Source: Candidatus Staskawiczbacteria bacterium RIFOXYB1_FULL_37_44 (lineage in GTDB: Bacteria > Patescibacteriota > Minisyncoccia > Minisyncoccales > Staskawiczbacteraceae). Taken from it: a stretch of DNA of 64,000 nt. The position numbers and the translations under genes are program-made. The stretch's first letter is position 1, and every line of letters begins with the position of its first letter. Of this stretch, positions 6,997-16,159 are shown in pieces. The notes beneath the pieces were generated by a model. It saw only the letters and a list, made by a program, of their open reading frames with translations, did not search any database and had not been told where the DNA came from. The stretch covers positions 6,870 through 70,869 of the forward strand of contig MHPJ01000001.1 of assembly GCA_001822065.1 (NCBI GenBank), given 5' to 3'.

Positions 6997-9720
6997 ATGA
7001 ACGGAGGAAATAATTTTACAAATAAAGCCCAAGACGCCTTAATGCAGGCACAGCAATTGGCGCAGGAAAAGGGCCAGCAGCAAATTGACGCTTTGCATTT
7101 GCTGTCGGTTTTGATTACGCAGGAAGGAAGCATAATTACCACAATTTTACAAAAACTTGGAATTGACGTAGAACTTTTAAAGAAAAAAGTGGATTTGCAA
7201 ATTTCAAAAATTCCAACAATTGCGTCTCCGCAGGCGTTTGGCCAGTTTTACCTGACTCAAGATATGGCAAAAGTTTTGGACAAAGCAAGGCAAGAAGCAA
7301 TAAAAATGAACGACGAGTTTATTTCTGTGGAGCATTTATTTCTGGCATTGCTTGACGCAAAGTCCGGAGCAAAAGATGTTTTGGAAAAAATTAACTTTTT
7401 AGCTTCTGGAGAAGGAAACAGCTTTAAAAATTCCAAGCTTGATTACGAAGCAGTGGCAAAAGTTCTGGGGCAAATAAGAGGCGGGCAGAGAATTACAGAT
7501 CCCGAGCCAGAATCAAAATACCAGGTTATAGAAAAATACACCAGAAACTTGACCAATTTGGCTGCGGCCGGAAAAATTGACCCGATAATCGGCAGAGATA
7601 ATGAAATCCGCAGGCTGATGCAAATAATTTCGCGCAGAACAAAAAATAATCCTGTTTTAATTGGAGAGGCTGGAGTTGGAAAAACAGCAATTGTTGAGGG
7701 GTTTGCCCAAAGAATTGCCCGGCAAAATGTGCCGGAATTCTTAAAGGATAAAGAAATAATTTCGCTGGATTTGGGAGCTATAATTGCAGGCACAAAATAT
7801 AGAGGAGAATTTGAAACAAGAATTAAAGCTTTGCTAAAAGAGCTTTCGCGGGCTGCTGGAAAATATATTTTGTTTATTGACGAATTACACACATTGGTGG
7901 GAGCTGGAGCGGCCGAAGGGGCAATTGATGCTTCAAATTTATTAAAACCTGCTTTGGCCCGCGGAGAATTGAGGGCAATTGGAGCAACAACTTTAAAAGA
8001 ATACCAAAAATATATTGAAAAAGACCCAGCTTTAGAAAGAAGGTTTCAGCCCATTTTTGTGCAAGAGCCGAACATAGATGATGCCACTGCAATTTTGCGC
8101 GGAATTAAAGAAAAATATGAAGTCCATCACGGCGTAAAAATAAAAGATTCGGCAATTAAAGCCGCAGTTGATTTGGCATCAAGATATATTGCCGACAGAT
8201 TTTTACCGGACAAAGCAGTTGATTTAATGGATGAAGCGGCTTCCGCGTTGAGACTGGAAATTGAATCCGATCCGCAAGAATTGGAAAAATTTGACGAGGA
8301 AATTACGAAACTTGAAATTGAAAAACAGGCTTTGAAAAAAGAAAAAGGCTCTGAAAGGAGGCTGAAAGTTATTGCCAGAGAATTGGCGGATTTAAACGAA
8401 AAAACCAAAGCTTTGCGCTTGAAATGGGGAGCTGAAAAAGAGCTGATAAATAAAATAAAAGGCATAAGGGAAAAATTAGACAGCTTGTCTTATCAAACAG
8501 AAATTGCCCAGCGCGAAGCGGATTTGGAAAAAGTTGCTGAAATAAAATATGGAAAAATTCCGGAATTGTTAAAACAATTGGCGGAAACCGAGCAAAAGCT
8601 TATTAAAATACAAAAAGAGCACCGATATTTAAAAGAAGAAGTTACGGAAGAAGAAGTTGCCAAAGTTGTTTCAAGGTGGACAGGAATTCCGGTTATGCGT
8701 TTGATTACAGAAGAAGCCAAAAAATTGGAAACAATGGAGGACACTTTAAACAGGCGCGTAATTGGTCAAGATGAAGCAATCTCAGCAATTTCAAGGGCAA
8801 TACGCAGGGCGCGAGCCGGAATTTCCGAAGAAAATAAACCCTTAGGATCTTTTCTATTTTTGGGGCCGACCGGAGTTGGAAAAACCGAAACAGCCCGCGC
8901 TTTGGCAGAATTTTTATTTGACGACGAAAAGGCAATGATACGGCTTGATATGTCTGAATATATGGAACGCCACACTGTTTCAAAAATGATCGGATCTCCT
9001 CCAGGATATGTGGGCTATGAAGAAGCCGGACAATTAACAGAAAAGGTAAGGCGCAGACCGTATTCTGTGCTTTTGCTAGACGAAATTGAAAAAGCGCACC
9101 CGGATGTTTTTAATATTTTACTTTCAATTTTTGAAGACGGCCGGCTGACAGATTCAAAGGGCAGAATGGTTTCTTTTAAAAATACAATAATTATAATGAC
9201 TTCAAACCTGGGGTCTGACTACATTAATAAAATGTCTTCGCTTGGATTTACCACAAGGGAAGAATTAGTTGAAAGGGAAAATATGCGGGAAAAAATATTT
9301 GACTCTTTGCGAGACGCTTTCAGACCGGAATTTTTAAACAGAATTGATGAAATTGTGATATTTAATTATTTAAAGCAAGAACAAATTAAAAAAATTGTTG
9401 ATTTAGAGCTTACAAAAGTTGAAAAACGTTTGGCTGCAAAAGAAATAAAAATTGAAATTTCTGAACAAGCAAAAGAGGTTTTGGTTAAAGATGGGTTTGA
9501 TGCAAATTTGGGAGCCAGGCCGCTAAAAAGGGTGATCCAAAGATTGATTTTGGATCCTTTGTCGGTAAAAATTGTTATCAGCGAAATTAGCGAGGGATCG
9601 CGCGTTTTAATTGGCGAGAAAGAAGGTAAAATTGTTTTTGACTCTCCCCTCGGCCGTAGCCTGAAGGCTTCGCCTACGGGCGAGGCAAACATTTCCAGGC
9701 TGGCTAAAGCAAAAAAATAA
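6997..9720 (+). CDS. clpB: ATP-dependent chaperone ClpB
   Basis: Clp N-domain, two AAA+ modules (GEAGVGKT, GPTGVGKT), long coiled-coil M-domain, GARPLKR. Confidence 0.95.
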   Translation: MNGGNNFTNKAQDALMQAQQLAQEKGQQQIDALHLLSVLITQEGSIITTILQKLGIDVELLKKKVDLQISKIPTIASPQAFGQFYLTQDMAKVLDKARQEAIKMNDEFISVEHLFLALLDAKSGAKDVLEKINFLASGEGNSFKNSKLDYEAVAKVLGQIRGGQRITDPEPESKYQVIEKYTRNLTNLAAAGKIDPIIGRDNEIRRLMQIISRRTKNNPVLIGEAGVGKTAIVEGFAQRIARQNVPEFLKDKEIISLDLGAIIAGTKYRGEFETRIKALLKELSRAAGKYILFIDELHTLVGAGAAEGAIDASNLLKPALARGELRAIGATTLKEYQKYIEKDPALERRFQPIFVQEPNIDDATAILRGIKEKYEVHHGVKIKDSAIKAAVDLASRYIADRFLPDKAVDLMDEAASALRLEIESDPQELEKFDEEITKLEIEKQALKKEKGSERRLKVIARELADLNEKTKALRLKWGAEKELINKIKGIREKLDSLSYQTEIAQREADLEKVAEIKYGKIPELLKQLAETEQKLIKIQKEHRYLKEEVTEEEVAKVVSRWTGIPVMRLITEEAKKLETMEDTLNRRVIGQDEAISAISRAIRRARAGISEENKPLGSFLFLGPTGVGKTETARALAEFLFDDEKAMIRLDMSEYMERHTVSKMIGSPPGYVGYEEAGQLTEKVRRRPYSVLLLDEIEKAHPDVFNILLSIFEDGRLTDSKGRMVSFKNTIIIMTSNLGSDYINKMSSLGFTTREELVERENMREKIFDSLRDAFRPEFLNRIDEIVIFNYLKQEQIKKIVDLELTKVEKRLAAKEIKIEISEQAKEVLVKDGFDANLGARPLKRVIQRLILDPLSVKIVISEISEGSRVLIGEKEGKIVFDSPLGRSLKASPTGEANISRLAKAKK
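9648..9685. repeat. GC-rich palindromic element within the ClpB C-terminal tail
   Basis: cctcg-g-ccgtag...ctacgg-g-cgagg, encodes LGRSLKASPTGE. Confidence 0.55.
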
Positions 9721-9721
9721 T

Positions 9722-9743
9722 CCTTCGACAAGCTCAGGACAAG
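9722..9743 (+). repeat. REP-like element family CCTTCG-N-GCTCAGG, intergenic copy
   Basis: ccttcgacaagctcaggacaag; related copies at 15437, 15861, 17521. Confidence 0.8.
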
Positions 9744-9747
9744 TAAC

Positions 9748-9779
9748 AAAAAACGGCTCAGTACGTTGAGCCGTTTTTT
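9748..9779. terminator. Bidirectional intrinsic terminator
   Basis: A6-cggctca-gtacgt-tgagccg-T6 between convergent genes. Confidence 0.85.
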
Positions 9780-9786
9780 GATTGCT

Positions 9787-10563
9787 TTACGGATTTACCG
9801 TCATTGATATTGTGGCTATCGCGCTGTCTAAACTGCCGTCGTTCACTTTAAATGTAAAGCTGTCTGATCCCGTAAAATCTGTTGCCGGAAAATAGGTTAG
9901 ATTTGGAACTGTTCCAGACAATGTGCCGTGGGTTGGGTGTGTTAAAACAGTAAATGTTAGCGCTAAATTTTCAGGATCTGCGCCGGTCAGAGTTATTGCT
10001 TTTGAGGTATTTTTAGTTACGGTTACGCTTTGGGCGTTGGATGTTGGGGCCTGATTGTTAACCTGGACATTTCCCAGTGCGTCAATAAATTTTTGAAGGG
10101 CTGTTTGTTTTGCTGAATTTCTTTGCTGTATTGCAACAAGCAAATCGGCAAGGTATGTTTTTAATGATGAAATTCTTGCAGACTGGTTGCTTGAAGAATT
10201 TATTGCCAAAGTAAATTTGTCTCTCGCGGATTTTTTTGCTGTTTTAAATGCTGTATTCGCATCTTTTATAGCTTGGTTATAAGCTGTTCTTGCAGATTTT
10301 AATCCATTGTTATTTAAGAGTAAATTTACAGAAATTGCAGGCATATTGTCTCCCGATTCTGATCTGCCGATTATATCGCCGGCTATGTTTCCAAAAACTC
10401 TAAACGCGCCTTTTTGCATACTATTGTGCATATTGTTTATACTGAAAGATATTCGGTCTTCACGACCATTATCTTTTGCTTGCGTCGCCGAAGGCAAAGC
10501 GTTAACCCCGATCAAAGCGGCTGCTAAAAGAACAATTGTTGATTTTTTTATTTTGTTTATCAT
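9787..10563 (-). CDS. Secreted protein with helical region and C-terminal Ig-like (Big_9/cadherin-like) domain
   Basis: Signal peptide; NQAPTS...TLTGADPE...PTHGTLSG...TY.P..DFTGSDSFTFKVNDG. Confidence 0.75.
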   Translation of the reverse strand: MINKIKKSTIVLLAAALIGVNALPSATQAKDNGREDRISFSINNMHNSMQKGAFRVFGNIAGDIIGRSESGDNMPAISVNLLLNNNGLKSARTAYNQAIKDANTAFKTAKKSARDKFTLAINSSSNQSARISSLKTYLADLLVAIQQRNSAKQTALQKFIDALGNVQVNNQAPTSNAQSVTVTKNTSKAITLTGADPENLALTFTVLTHPTHGTLSGTVPNLTYFPATDFTGSDSFTFKVNDGSLDSAIATISMTVNP

Positions 10564-10623
10564 TTTTTATTTAGATTATTTTTGTTAATATTATATTAAC
10601 GACCTTTATAATATATGTGACGG

Positions 10624-11124
10624 ATGAACTATCAAACTCTTTTTTTGGATGCTTATGAAAAATACGCAGACGATATTTATCGGCATTGCTATTTTAGGGT
10701 GTACAACAAAGAATTAGCCGAAGATATAACGCAGGAAACTTTTATAAAAACGTGGAAATATATAATAGAAGGCAAAGAAATTCAAAACATAAGGGCGTTT
10801 CTGTATAGAGTGGCGGTAAATTTGATTATTGACAATAGCCGGAAGAAAAAAGAGTTGGCGGGTGATGAACGTCTTAATAATATAAGGGCAGGCGAGGATA
10901 CAGAAGATAATATTTTTAACCGTTTTGACGCCAATAGAATAGTAAAACTGCTTGACAAGCTGGCAGAAAACCAAAAGCAGGTAATGGTAATGCGATATAT
11001 AGATGAGTTGAAGCCATCGGAAATTGCAGATATTTTGGGAGAGTCGCCAAACGCGGTTTCTGTGAGAATTAATCAAGCCACTAAAAAATTACGGGAAATC
11101 ATAAATAAAAAAAATGAACAATAA
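10624..11124 (+). CDS. ECF RNA polymerase sigma factor
   Basis: Region 2 AEDITQETFIKTW...FLYRVAVN; region 4 EIADILGES...VSVRI. Confidence 0.9.
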   Translation: MNYQTLFLDAYEKYADDIYRHCYFRVYNKELAEDITQETFIKTWKYIIEGKEIQNIRAFLYRVAVNLIIDNSRKKKELAGDERLNNIRAGEDTEDNIFNRFDANRIVKLLDKLAENQKQVMVMRYIDELKPSEIADILGESPNAVSVRINQATKKLREIINKKNEQ

Positions 11125-11938
11125 CATTAAAAAAATTTTAAAACCAGCCAGGCGAATAAAACTGGAAAAAGAAATTAAAGCCTCTATAAAAGGCGGGGTT
11201 TTGATGTTTATGAAAAATAATCCCTTGACAGAAACTCCAAAATTTGGCTTTTGGAAAATAATATTTTCTCAAAAATTAAAACCCGCTTACATTTCAATAT
11301 TGTCTTTAGTGGCAGTTTTGCTGGTGTCTGGAGCAGTGAGCGCGCAGGCCAGTTTGGCGCTTCCCGGAGATATTCTTTATCCCGTGAAAGTTGGAGTTAA
11401 TGAAAAGGTCCTGCAAGTTCTGGCTTTTTCCGACCAGGCGAAAATAAAATTAAGCGTCCGTTTGGCTGAAACGCGTTTAAAAGAAGCTGAAAAATTGGTG
11501 GTGGAAAACAGGATAACCAAAGACAACCAAATGCAAATTAATAATAATTTTAGCGCAAAAGCAGATGAGGTTTCAAAATCTATAAACAAACTAAATAGAG
11601 AAAAAATGGAGAATAGCGCGCAGAAAATCGCTGATGATTTTAATAAAACTTTAGAAATCCATACCAAAGTTTTAGAAAAAATCCAGCAGGAGAAAGATAA
11701 ATCTGACAAAGCGCGCGATAAAAATCGGGAAAATGTAGACTCTATAATAAACAGAGTAAACAGCGTCAGGGATAAAATTAACGCTGATATAAAAGAAAAT
11801 AAAATCAAAAATGAAAAGAAAGCAGAAGAAATAAGGCAAAAAGCAAATGAGCAAATTCAAAAAATAAAAGATAAGATAGAAAGCAACAAAGCAGAAAATA
11901 ATACTGAAAATAATATAGAAAATAATACTGAAAAATGA
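11114..11938 (+). CDS. DUF5667-like membrane protein, putative anti-sigma factor
   Basis: Overlaps sigma stop; one TM then ALPGDILYPVK..E motif and coiled coil; ends in 3x 12-bp ENNT repeat. Confidence 0.7.
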   Translation: MNNNIKKILKPARRIKLEKEIKASIKGGVLMFMKNNPLTETPKFGFWKIIFSQKLKPAYISILSLVAVLLVSGAVSAQASLALPGDILYPVKVGVNEKVLQVLAFSDQAKIKLSVRLAETRLKEAEKLVVENRITKDNQMQINNNFSAKADEVSKSINKLNREKMENSAQKIADDFNKTLEIHTKVLEKIQQEKDKSDKARDKNRENVDSIINRVNSVRDKINADIKENKIKNEKKAEEIRQKANEQIQKIKDKIESNKAENNTENNIENNTEK

Positions 11939-11979
11939 GCTATACGTAATTTTCACGATCGTAAATTTCTTGTATAGCT
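11938..11979 (-). repeat. 42-bp palindromic repeat B, copy 1 (inverted relative to copies 2 and 3)
   Basis: agctatacgtaattttcacgatcgtaaatttcttgtatagct; reverse complement aligns with 12822-12863. Confidence 0.9.
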
Positions 11980-11999
11980 GGGAAAACTTGAAAAATAAT

Positions 12000-12040
12000 A
12001 AAAAAGGCGTCCCGATCCCATAAGAGGGAGGGACGCTTTT
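12000..12040. terminator. Bidirectional terminator-like hairpin
   Basis: A-run gcgtccc...gggacgc T-run. Confidence 0.7.
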
Positions 12041-12173
12041 GGTCTTTCGCGCAAGTCGGCGTACATTGCCTAAACCTCAAAAATTGCGAGGAATTCTTCG
12101 ACTGTTTTGCAAAAATTATCAAACAATTTCTTGTGATGTCACGACTGTGAGAACTAAGATTTAACTGTATTTT

Positions 12174-12215
12174 AGTTATACAATAAATTCACGATCGTAA
12201 ATTTTACGTATGGCT
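12174..12215 (+). repeat. 42-bp palindromic repeat B, copy 2 (upstream of second PaaX/Cas2-like gene)
   Basis: agttatacaataaattcacgatcgtaaattttacgtatggct; ATAC-N9-ACGATCGT-N9-GTAT. Confidence 0.9.
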
Positions 12216-12252
12216 GATATTTGTGATAAAATATTATAATAACTATTTTAAG

Positions 12253-12792
12253 ATGGCTGCTTTAAAAGAAAAAATATTATTATTGCTTTTTGGCGGGCTT
12301 GCTTTTGGTTGCGCTTATACTCCGCAAAAACAGTGGAAAGTTATTAAAACTATATCTGTTGAATGGAAAAAGATAGATAAAAAAGAATTATTTGCAGAAA
12401 TTCACAGATTGTATAGGTCAAAATTGGTGAAAAGAATAACCAATTCAGACGGAACACTCACGTTTATTTTAACTGAAAAAGGTAAATTAAGGGCCCTTAC
12501 TTATAGTTTTGAACATATGAAAATAGAAAAGAAAGACTGGGACGGCAAATGGCGATTTATTGTTTTTGATGTTCCCGAAAAGTTTAGAACCGGACGAGAT
12601 GCGCTAAGATGGAAAATTAAAAAACTTGGATTCTATGAATTACAAAAAAGCGTTTTTATTTTTCCTTATAAATGCGAAGACGAGATAAATTTTATTATAG
12701 AATTTTTTGGAATAAGAAAATATGTCAGGTATGGAATAATAGATTTTATTGATAATAAGGCGCACTTAAAACAAATTTTTGGGCTAAAATGA
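12253..12792 (+). CDS. PaaX-like protein (wHTH plus Cas2-like domain), second paralog
   Basis: LTEKG wing; WDGKWRFIVFDVPEK..RDALR..IKKLGFYELQKSVFIFPY; ATG 12253 preferred over GTG 12223. Confidence 0.82.
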   Translation: MAALKEKILLLLFGGLAFGCAYTPQKQWKVIKTISVEWKKIDKKELFAEIHRLYRSKLVKRITNSDGTLTFILTEKGKLRALTYSFEHMKIEKKDWDGKWRFIVFDVPEKFRTGRDALRWKIKKLGFYELQKSVFIFPYKCEDEINFIIEFFGIRKYVRYGIIDFIDNKAHLKQIFGLK

Positions 12793-12821
12793 GAAAAATT
12801 ATAAAATAATCAGAAAAAACC

Positions 12822-12863
12822 AGCTATACGATAAATTCACGATCGTGAAAATTACGTATGGCA
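12822..12863 (+). repeat. 42-bp palindromic repeat B, copy 3 (downstream)
   Basis: agctatacgataaattcacgatcgtgaaaattacgtatggca. Confidence 0.9.
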
Positions 12864-12942
12864 GGTTTCTTTATCTTACCCTTACCTTGCCTTTTTATTT
12901 ATTTTTTGTTTATATTTTTTGTATTTGTGATAAAATGTAGTA

Positions 12943-13512
12943 ATGAATTTCTGGGAAAAGAATAAATTATTTTTTGCAATAATTTTAGGAGCTGTAATAA
13001 TTGGAATTTTTGTTTATTTTAGCTTGGAAAATCAAAAAAAGATTGCTTCGTCGCTCGAAGCTCCTCGCAATGACGTTGTGGGAAAATCCGTGGAGGACGG
13101 GCCTCCCCTGACTGGAACTCCAATAGCTTCCGCGTGCGGGGTACATGAAAATACGTTTGTTACAAAAGTAATTGACGGCGATACGGTTGTGGTTGAGGGA
13201 GGATATCATGTGCGGCTTTTGGGAATGGACGCAGACGAAAAAAATTATCCTTGCTATGAGCCGGCTAAAACCCGACTTGAAAATTTAGTTTTGGGAAAAA
13301 TGGTAAAATTGGAAAAAGACAGAACAGATTTGGATCAGTATGGCAGGTGTTTGCGGTATATTTTTATCGGAAATACAAATATTGGCGCGCAGCTGGTAAA
13401 AGAAGGCATGGCAATTGCCAGATTTTATAATCCCGACATAAAATATAAAACAGAAATTGCCGAGGCCGAAAAGCGGGCGCAACAAAACAAAGCCGGCTGT
13501 AAATGGAAATGA
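12943..13512 (+). CDS. Membrane-anchored thermonuclease (SNase family)
   Basis: VIDGDT, VRLLGMDADE, DQYGRCLRY, LVKEGMA motifs; N-terminal TM. Confidence 0.9.
   Translation: MNFWEKNKLFFAIILGAVIIGIFVYFSLENQKKIASSLEAPRNDVVGKSVEDGPPLTGTPIASACGVHENTFVTKVIDGDTVVVEGGYHVRLLGMDADEKNYPCYEPAKTRLENLVLGKMVKLEKDRTDLDQYGRCLRYIFIGNTNIGAQLVKEGMAIARFYNPDIKYKTEIAEAEKRAQQNKAGCKWK
13041..13075 (+). repeat. REP-like element family GATTGCTTC...CTCGCAATGAC, in-frame in thermonuclease
   Basis: Encodes IASSLEAPRND; near-identical to 13757-13791. Confidence 0.85.
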
Positions 13513-14957
13513 AATTTTTTGAAAAAAATCAAATTTTCGCATTTTTGGCGAGTCTTTCTTGTACTCTTGTTTTAGGCTTTTTTGTTTGGATCGCGTTTTT
13601 GAGTTCAAATAATTATTCTTTTATTTTTAACAAGGTTTTGGGGCAAGCCAATAAAATCGGTTATAAATTTTTTTCGGCAACAGTGAGCTTGCCTAATACC
13701 CAAGTTGAGGAAATAGTTCAGGAAACTGATTCTGCGCAAGATATAGTGCCAAATGAGATTGCTTCCTCGCCCGAAGCTCCTCGCAATGACGAAACAACAG
13801 AACAAGAAAGGCAAAATTTGCTTGATGACATTGCGGAAAAATTAGATGTAATTCAGCAAAAAGTTGATGAACTTGTTGCGCAATCAAAAACCGCAGACGA
13901 ACTGAAAATGGAAGAAGAAATTAAAAAAGACGAGGAAAAAAATACGGTTGTTTGCGCAGGGCAAATAAATATAAATACAGCTTCCGCAGAAGAATTGGAT
14001 AAAATGGCTCAAGTTGGTCCGGTAACGGCTCAAAAAATAATACAAGCCCGTCCATTTTATTCGCTTAATGATTTGTTAAGAGTGGGCGGGATAGGAGAAA
14101 TAACTTTACGAAAAATAATAGAGCAGGGGTGCGCTTATGTTGAATTTGTGACGCCGGCCGTTGCGCCGGCGCAGGTTGTTTATCCAAAAATTTTAATTTC
14201 AGAAGCGCAAATTTTGCCGATTAATCAAAGATTTGTCGAGCTTTACAACTCAAATTCAACAGATATTGATTTGACCAATTGGTATTTGCAAAGGAAAACA
14301 GCAACGGGCGAGGATTATTCAAGTTTTGTTACAAAAAATGATTTTGCGGGAAAAATAATTTTGGCAAATTCATATTTTTTAATTTCCCGGCAAATTGAAA
14401 ATGCCGATATTTTGCAAGAAATAATTTTAAGCGATAACAATTCTTTGGTTCTAAAAAATCCGGCGGGAGATACTTCTGATATTATGGATACCGCCAGCCC
14501 AAGCTCTGGCCAAAGTCTTTGCCTGCTGGACGCATGGGAAGTTTGTTCGCCAACTCCCAAAGCTTCCAATACAGTTTTTACTGAGCCGACTCCCCCGTCC
14601 TCAGATTCAACTTCTCCTGATCCCGATGTAATTTTACCAAGCATTGTAATATATAAAGTAATCGATATGGGCGGAGAATTTAGTATTGATTTGGCATTTT
14701 CAGAAAAAGTAAAGTACGAAATAATTATTGAATTTGGCGAAACTGAAATCAAAAAATGGTCTGGCGAAGCAAAAAATCCTCAACCAAAAATTTGGGATGG
14801 AAAAGATTCTTCGGGCACAATTGTTCCAGATGGCGTTTACACAATTAAAATTGAGATTACAGATTATACTCCAGAAAAAAATTTTGTTACTGACACAAGC
14901 AAAACAATTATAATTGATAATTCTCCAAACCTTGACTCGGGAGATTATAATCAGTAA
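13503..14957 (+). CDS. ComEA-like HhH DNA-binding protein with lamin-tail and FlgD-Ig-like domains
   Basis: TM; ININTASAEEL...VGPVTAQKII...GIG; ISE...FVELYN...IDLTNWYL; WDGKDSSG..VPDGVY. Confidence 0.75.
   Translation: MEMKFFEKNQIFAFLASLSCTLVLGFFVWIAFLSSNNYSFIFNKVLGQANKIGYKFFSATVSLPNTQVEEIVQETDSAQDIVPNEIASSPEAPRNDETTEQERQNLLDDIAEKLDVIQQKVDELVAQSKTADELKMEEEIKKDEEKNTVVCAGQININTASAEELDKMAQVGPVTAQKIIQARPFYSLNDLLRVGGIGEITLRKIIEQGCAYVEFVTPAVAPAQVVYPKILISEAQILPINQRFVELYNSNSTDIDLTNWYLQRKTATGEDYSSFVTKNDFAGKIILANSYFLISRQIENADILQEIILSDNNSLVLKNPAGDTSDIMDTASPSSGQSLCLLDAWEVCSPTPKASNTVFTEPTPPSSDSTSPDPDVILPSIVIYKVIDMGGEFSIDLAFSEKVKYEIIIEFGETEIKKWSGEAKNPQPKIWDGKDSSGTIVPDGVYTIKIEITDYTPEKNFVTDTSKTIIIDNSPNLDSGDYNQ
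13757..13791 (+). repeat. REP-like element family GATTGCTTC...CTCGCAATGAC, in-frame in ComEA-like gene
   Basis: Encodes IASSPEAPRND. Confidence 0.85.
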
Positions 14958-14966
14958 CGTAAATTT

Positions 14967-16064
14967 ATGGATTTGGAAAATTTGGAAAAAATTTTAGAAA
15001 ATGAGCCGGATTTTCGCTTGAAACAAGCGAATGAAGCGGTTTTTAAAAAATACATTTCCGATTGGAGTGATGCGACTTTTTTTACAAAAGAATTAAGGGA
15101 AAAATTAAACAAAGAATGCCCGCTGGAAATTTTGGCGGAGACATTATTTTCAAAAAATCAAAAAACAAATAATACCCATATTTTAACGACCGTTAAAAAC
15201 GGAGTATCGGGGGCAGATAGTGTGAAGGCTAAAATTACTTTAAAAGATGGTTTGGAAATAGAAACGGTTTTAATGCGCCACGAGGACGGAAGAAATACTG
15301 TTTGTGTTTCTTCTCAAGTTGGATGCCCGCTGGGATGTTTGTTTTGCGCCACAGGAAAAATGGGATTTAAGCGAAATTTGTCGGTTAATGAAATTTTAGA
15401 GCAGGCGATTTTTTTCAATCGCTATTTGAAAAAAATCGCCCTGAGCGAAGTCGAAGGGTCTTCCTTCGGCGTAACCAATGTTACTTTTATGGGAATGGGC
15501 GAGCCGTTTTTGAATTATGAAAATGTTCTAAAGGCAATAAGAATTTTAAACGATAAAAATTATTTCAACATCGGAGTAAGGTCAATTTCTGTTTCAACGG
15601 CCGGCATTGTTGAGGGAATTGAAAAATTTTTAAAAGAAGGTTTGCAGTTGAACTTGGCAATTTCTCTGCACGCGCCAAACAATAAATTGCGAACAGAGTT
15701 AATGCCGATAAGCAAAAAATATAGTTTAGAAAAAGTTTTGAGCGCCGTAGATAATTATATTTTAGCTACAAAAAGAAAAGTAATGTTTGAATATGTTTTA
15801 ATAAAAGACGTAAACGATTCAAAAGAATGCGCCGAAGAATTAGCAAAATTAATGCATAATCCTTCGACTCCGCTCAGGACAAGAAAATTATATTTTGTGA
15901 ACTTAATTTTGTATAATGCAACTGGCACTTTTAAACCATCAACACCTCAACGAGTTGAGGTGTTTAAAAAAATTCTCAAAAAATCCGGAGTCAATTTTGT
16001 CCAGCGCTATCGCTTTGGCGATGATATAAAAGCTGCTTGCGGGCAATTCGCAACATCTAAATAA
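14967..16064 (+). CDS. rlmN: Radical SAM rRNA/tRNA methyltransferase RlmN
   Basis: CVSSQVGCPLGCLFC, MGMGEP, ISLHA, AACGQ. Confidence 0.92.
   Translation: MDLENLEKILENEPDFRLKQANEAVFKKYISDWSDATFFTKELREKLNKECPLEILAETLFSKNQKTNNTHILTTVKNGVSGADSVKAKITLKDGLEIETVLMRHEDGRNTVCVSSQVGCPLGCLFCATGKMGFKRNLSVNEILEQAIFFNRYLKKIALSEVEGSSFGVTNVTFMGMGEPFLNYENVLKAIRILNDKNYFNIGVRSISVSTAGIVEGIEKFLKEGLQLNLAISLHAPNNKLRTELMPISKKYSLEKVLSAVDNYILATKRKVMFEYVLIKDVNDSKECAEELAKLMHNPSTPLRTRKLYFVNLILYNATGTFKPSTPQRVEVFKKILKKSGVNFVQRYRFGDDIKAACGQFATSK
15171..15208. repeat. Palindrome resembling repeat B inside rlmN
   Basis: ATAC-N10-ACGACCGT-N10-GTAT with ttttaacg/cgttaaaa arms. Confidence 0.55.
15437..15458 (-). repeat. CCTTCG-N-GCTCAGG element in-frame in rlmN
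   Basis: cgccctgagcgaagtcgaaggg, encodes ALSEVEG. Confidence 0.8.
15861..15883 (+). repeat. CCTTCG-N-GCTCAGG element in-frame in rlmN
   Basis: ccttcgactccgctcaggacaag, encodes PSTPLRT. Confidence 0.8.
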
Positions 16065-16159
16065 TCGTGCTATAATTATAAAACGTATTTTTTATTAAAG
16101 AGGCAAAAAGCACTTTGACTTTTTATTTATTTTTTGATAGTTTTATTGAATAAAAAACT

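Noticed and set aside
11894..11933. 12-bp tandem repeat (ENNT x3)
   Set aside because: Low-complexity protein tail; no sign of function.
12000..12110. c-di-GMP-I or fluoride riboswitch
   Set aside because: Only short fragments match (gggacgc, gcctaaacc, ggcaatg); the conserved GCAAA/GAAA and pseudoknot elements are not in the right places.
11940..12122. 60-aa minus-strand ORF
   Set aside because: TTG start, no RBS, runs through a terminator and a repeat; no recognisable motif.
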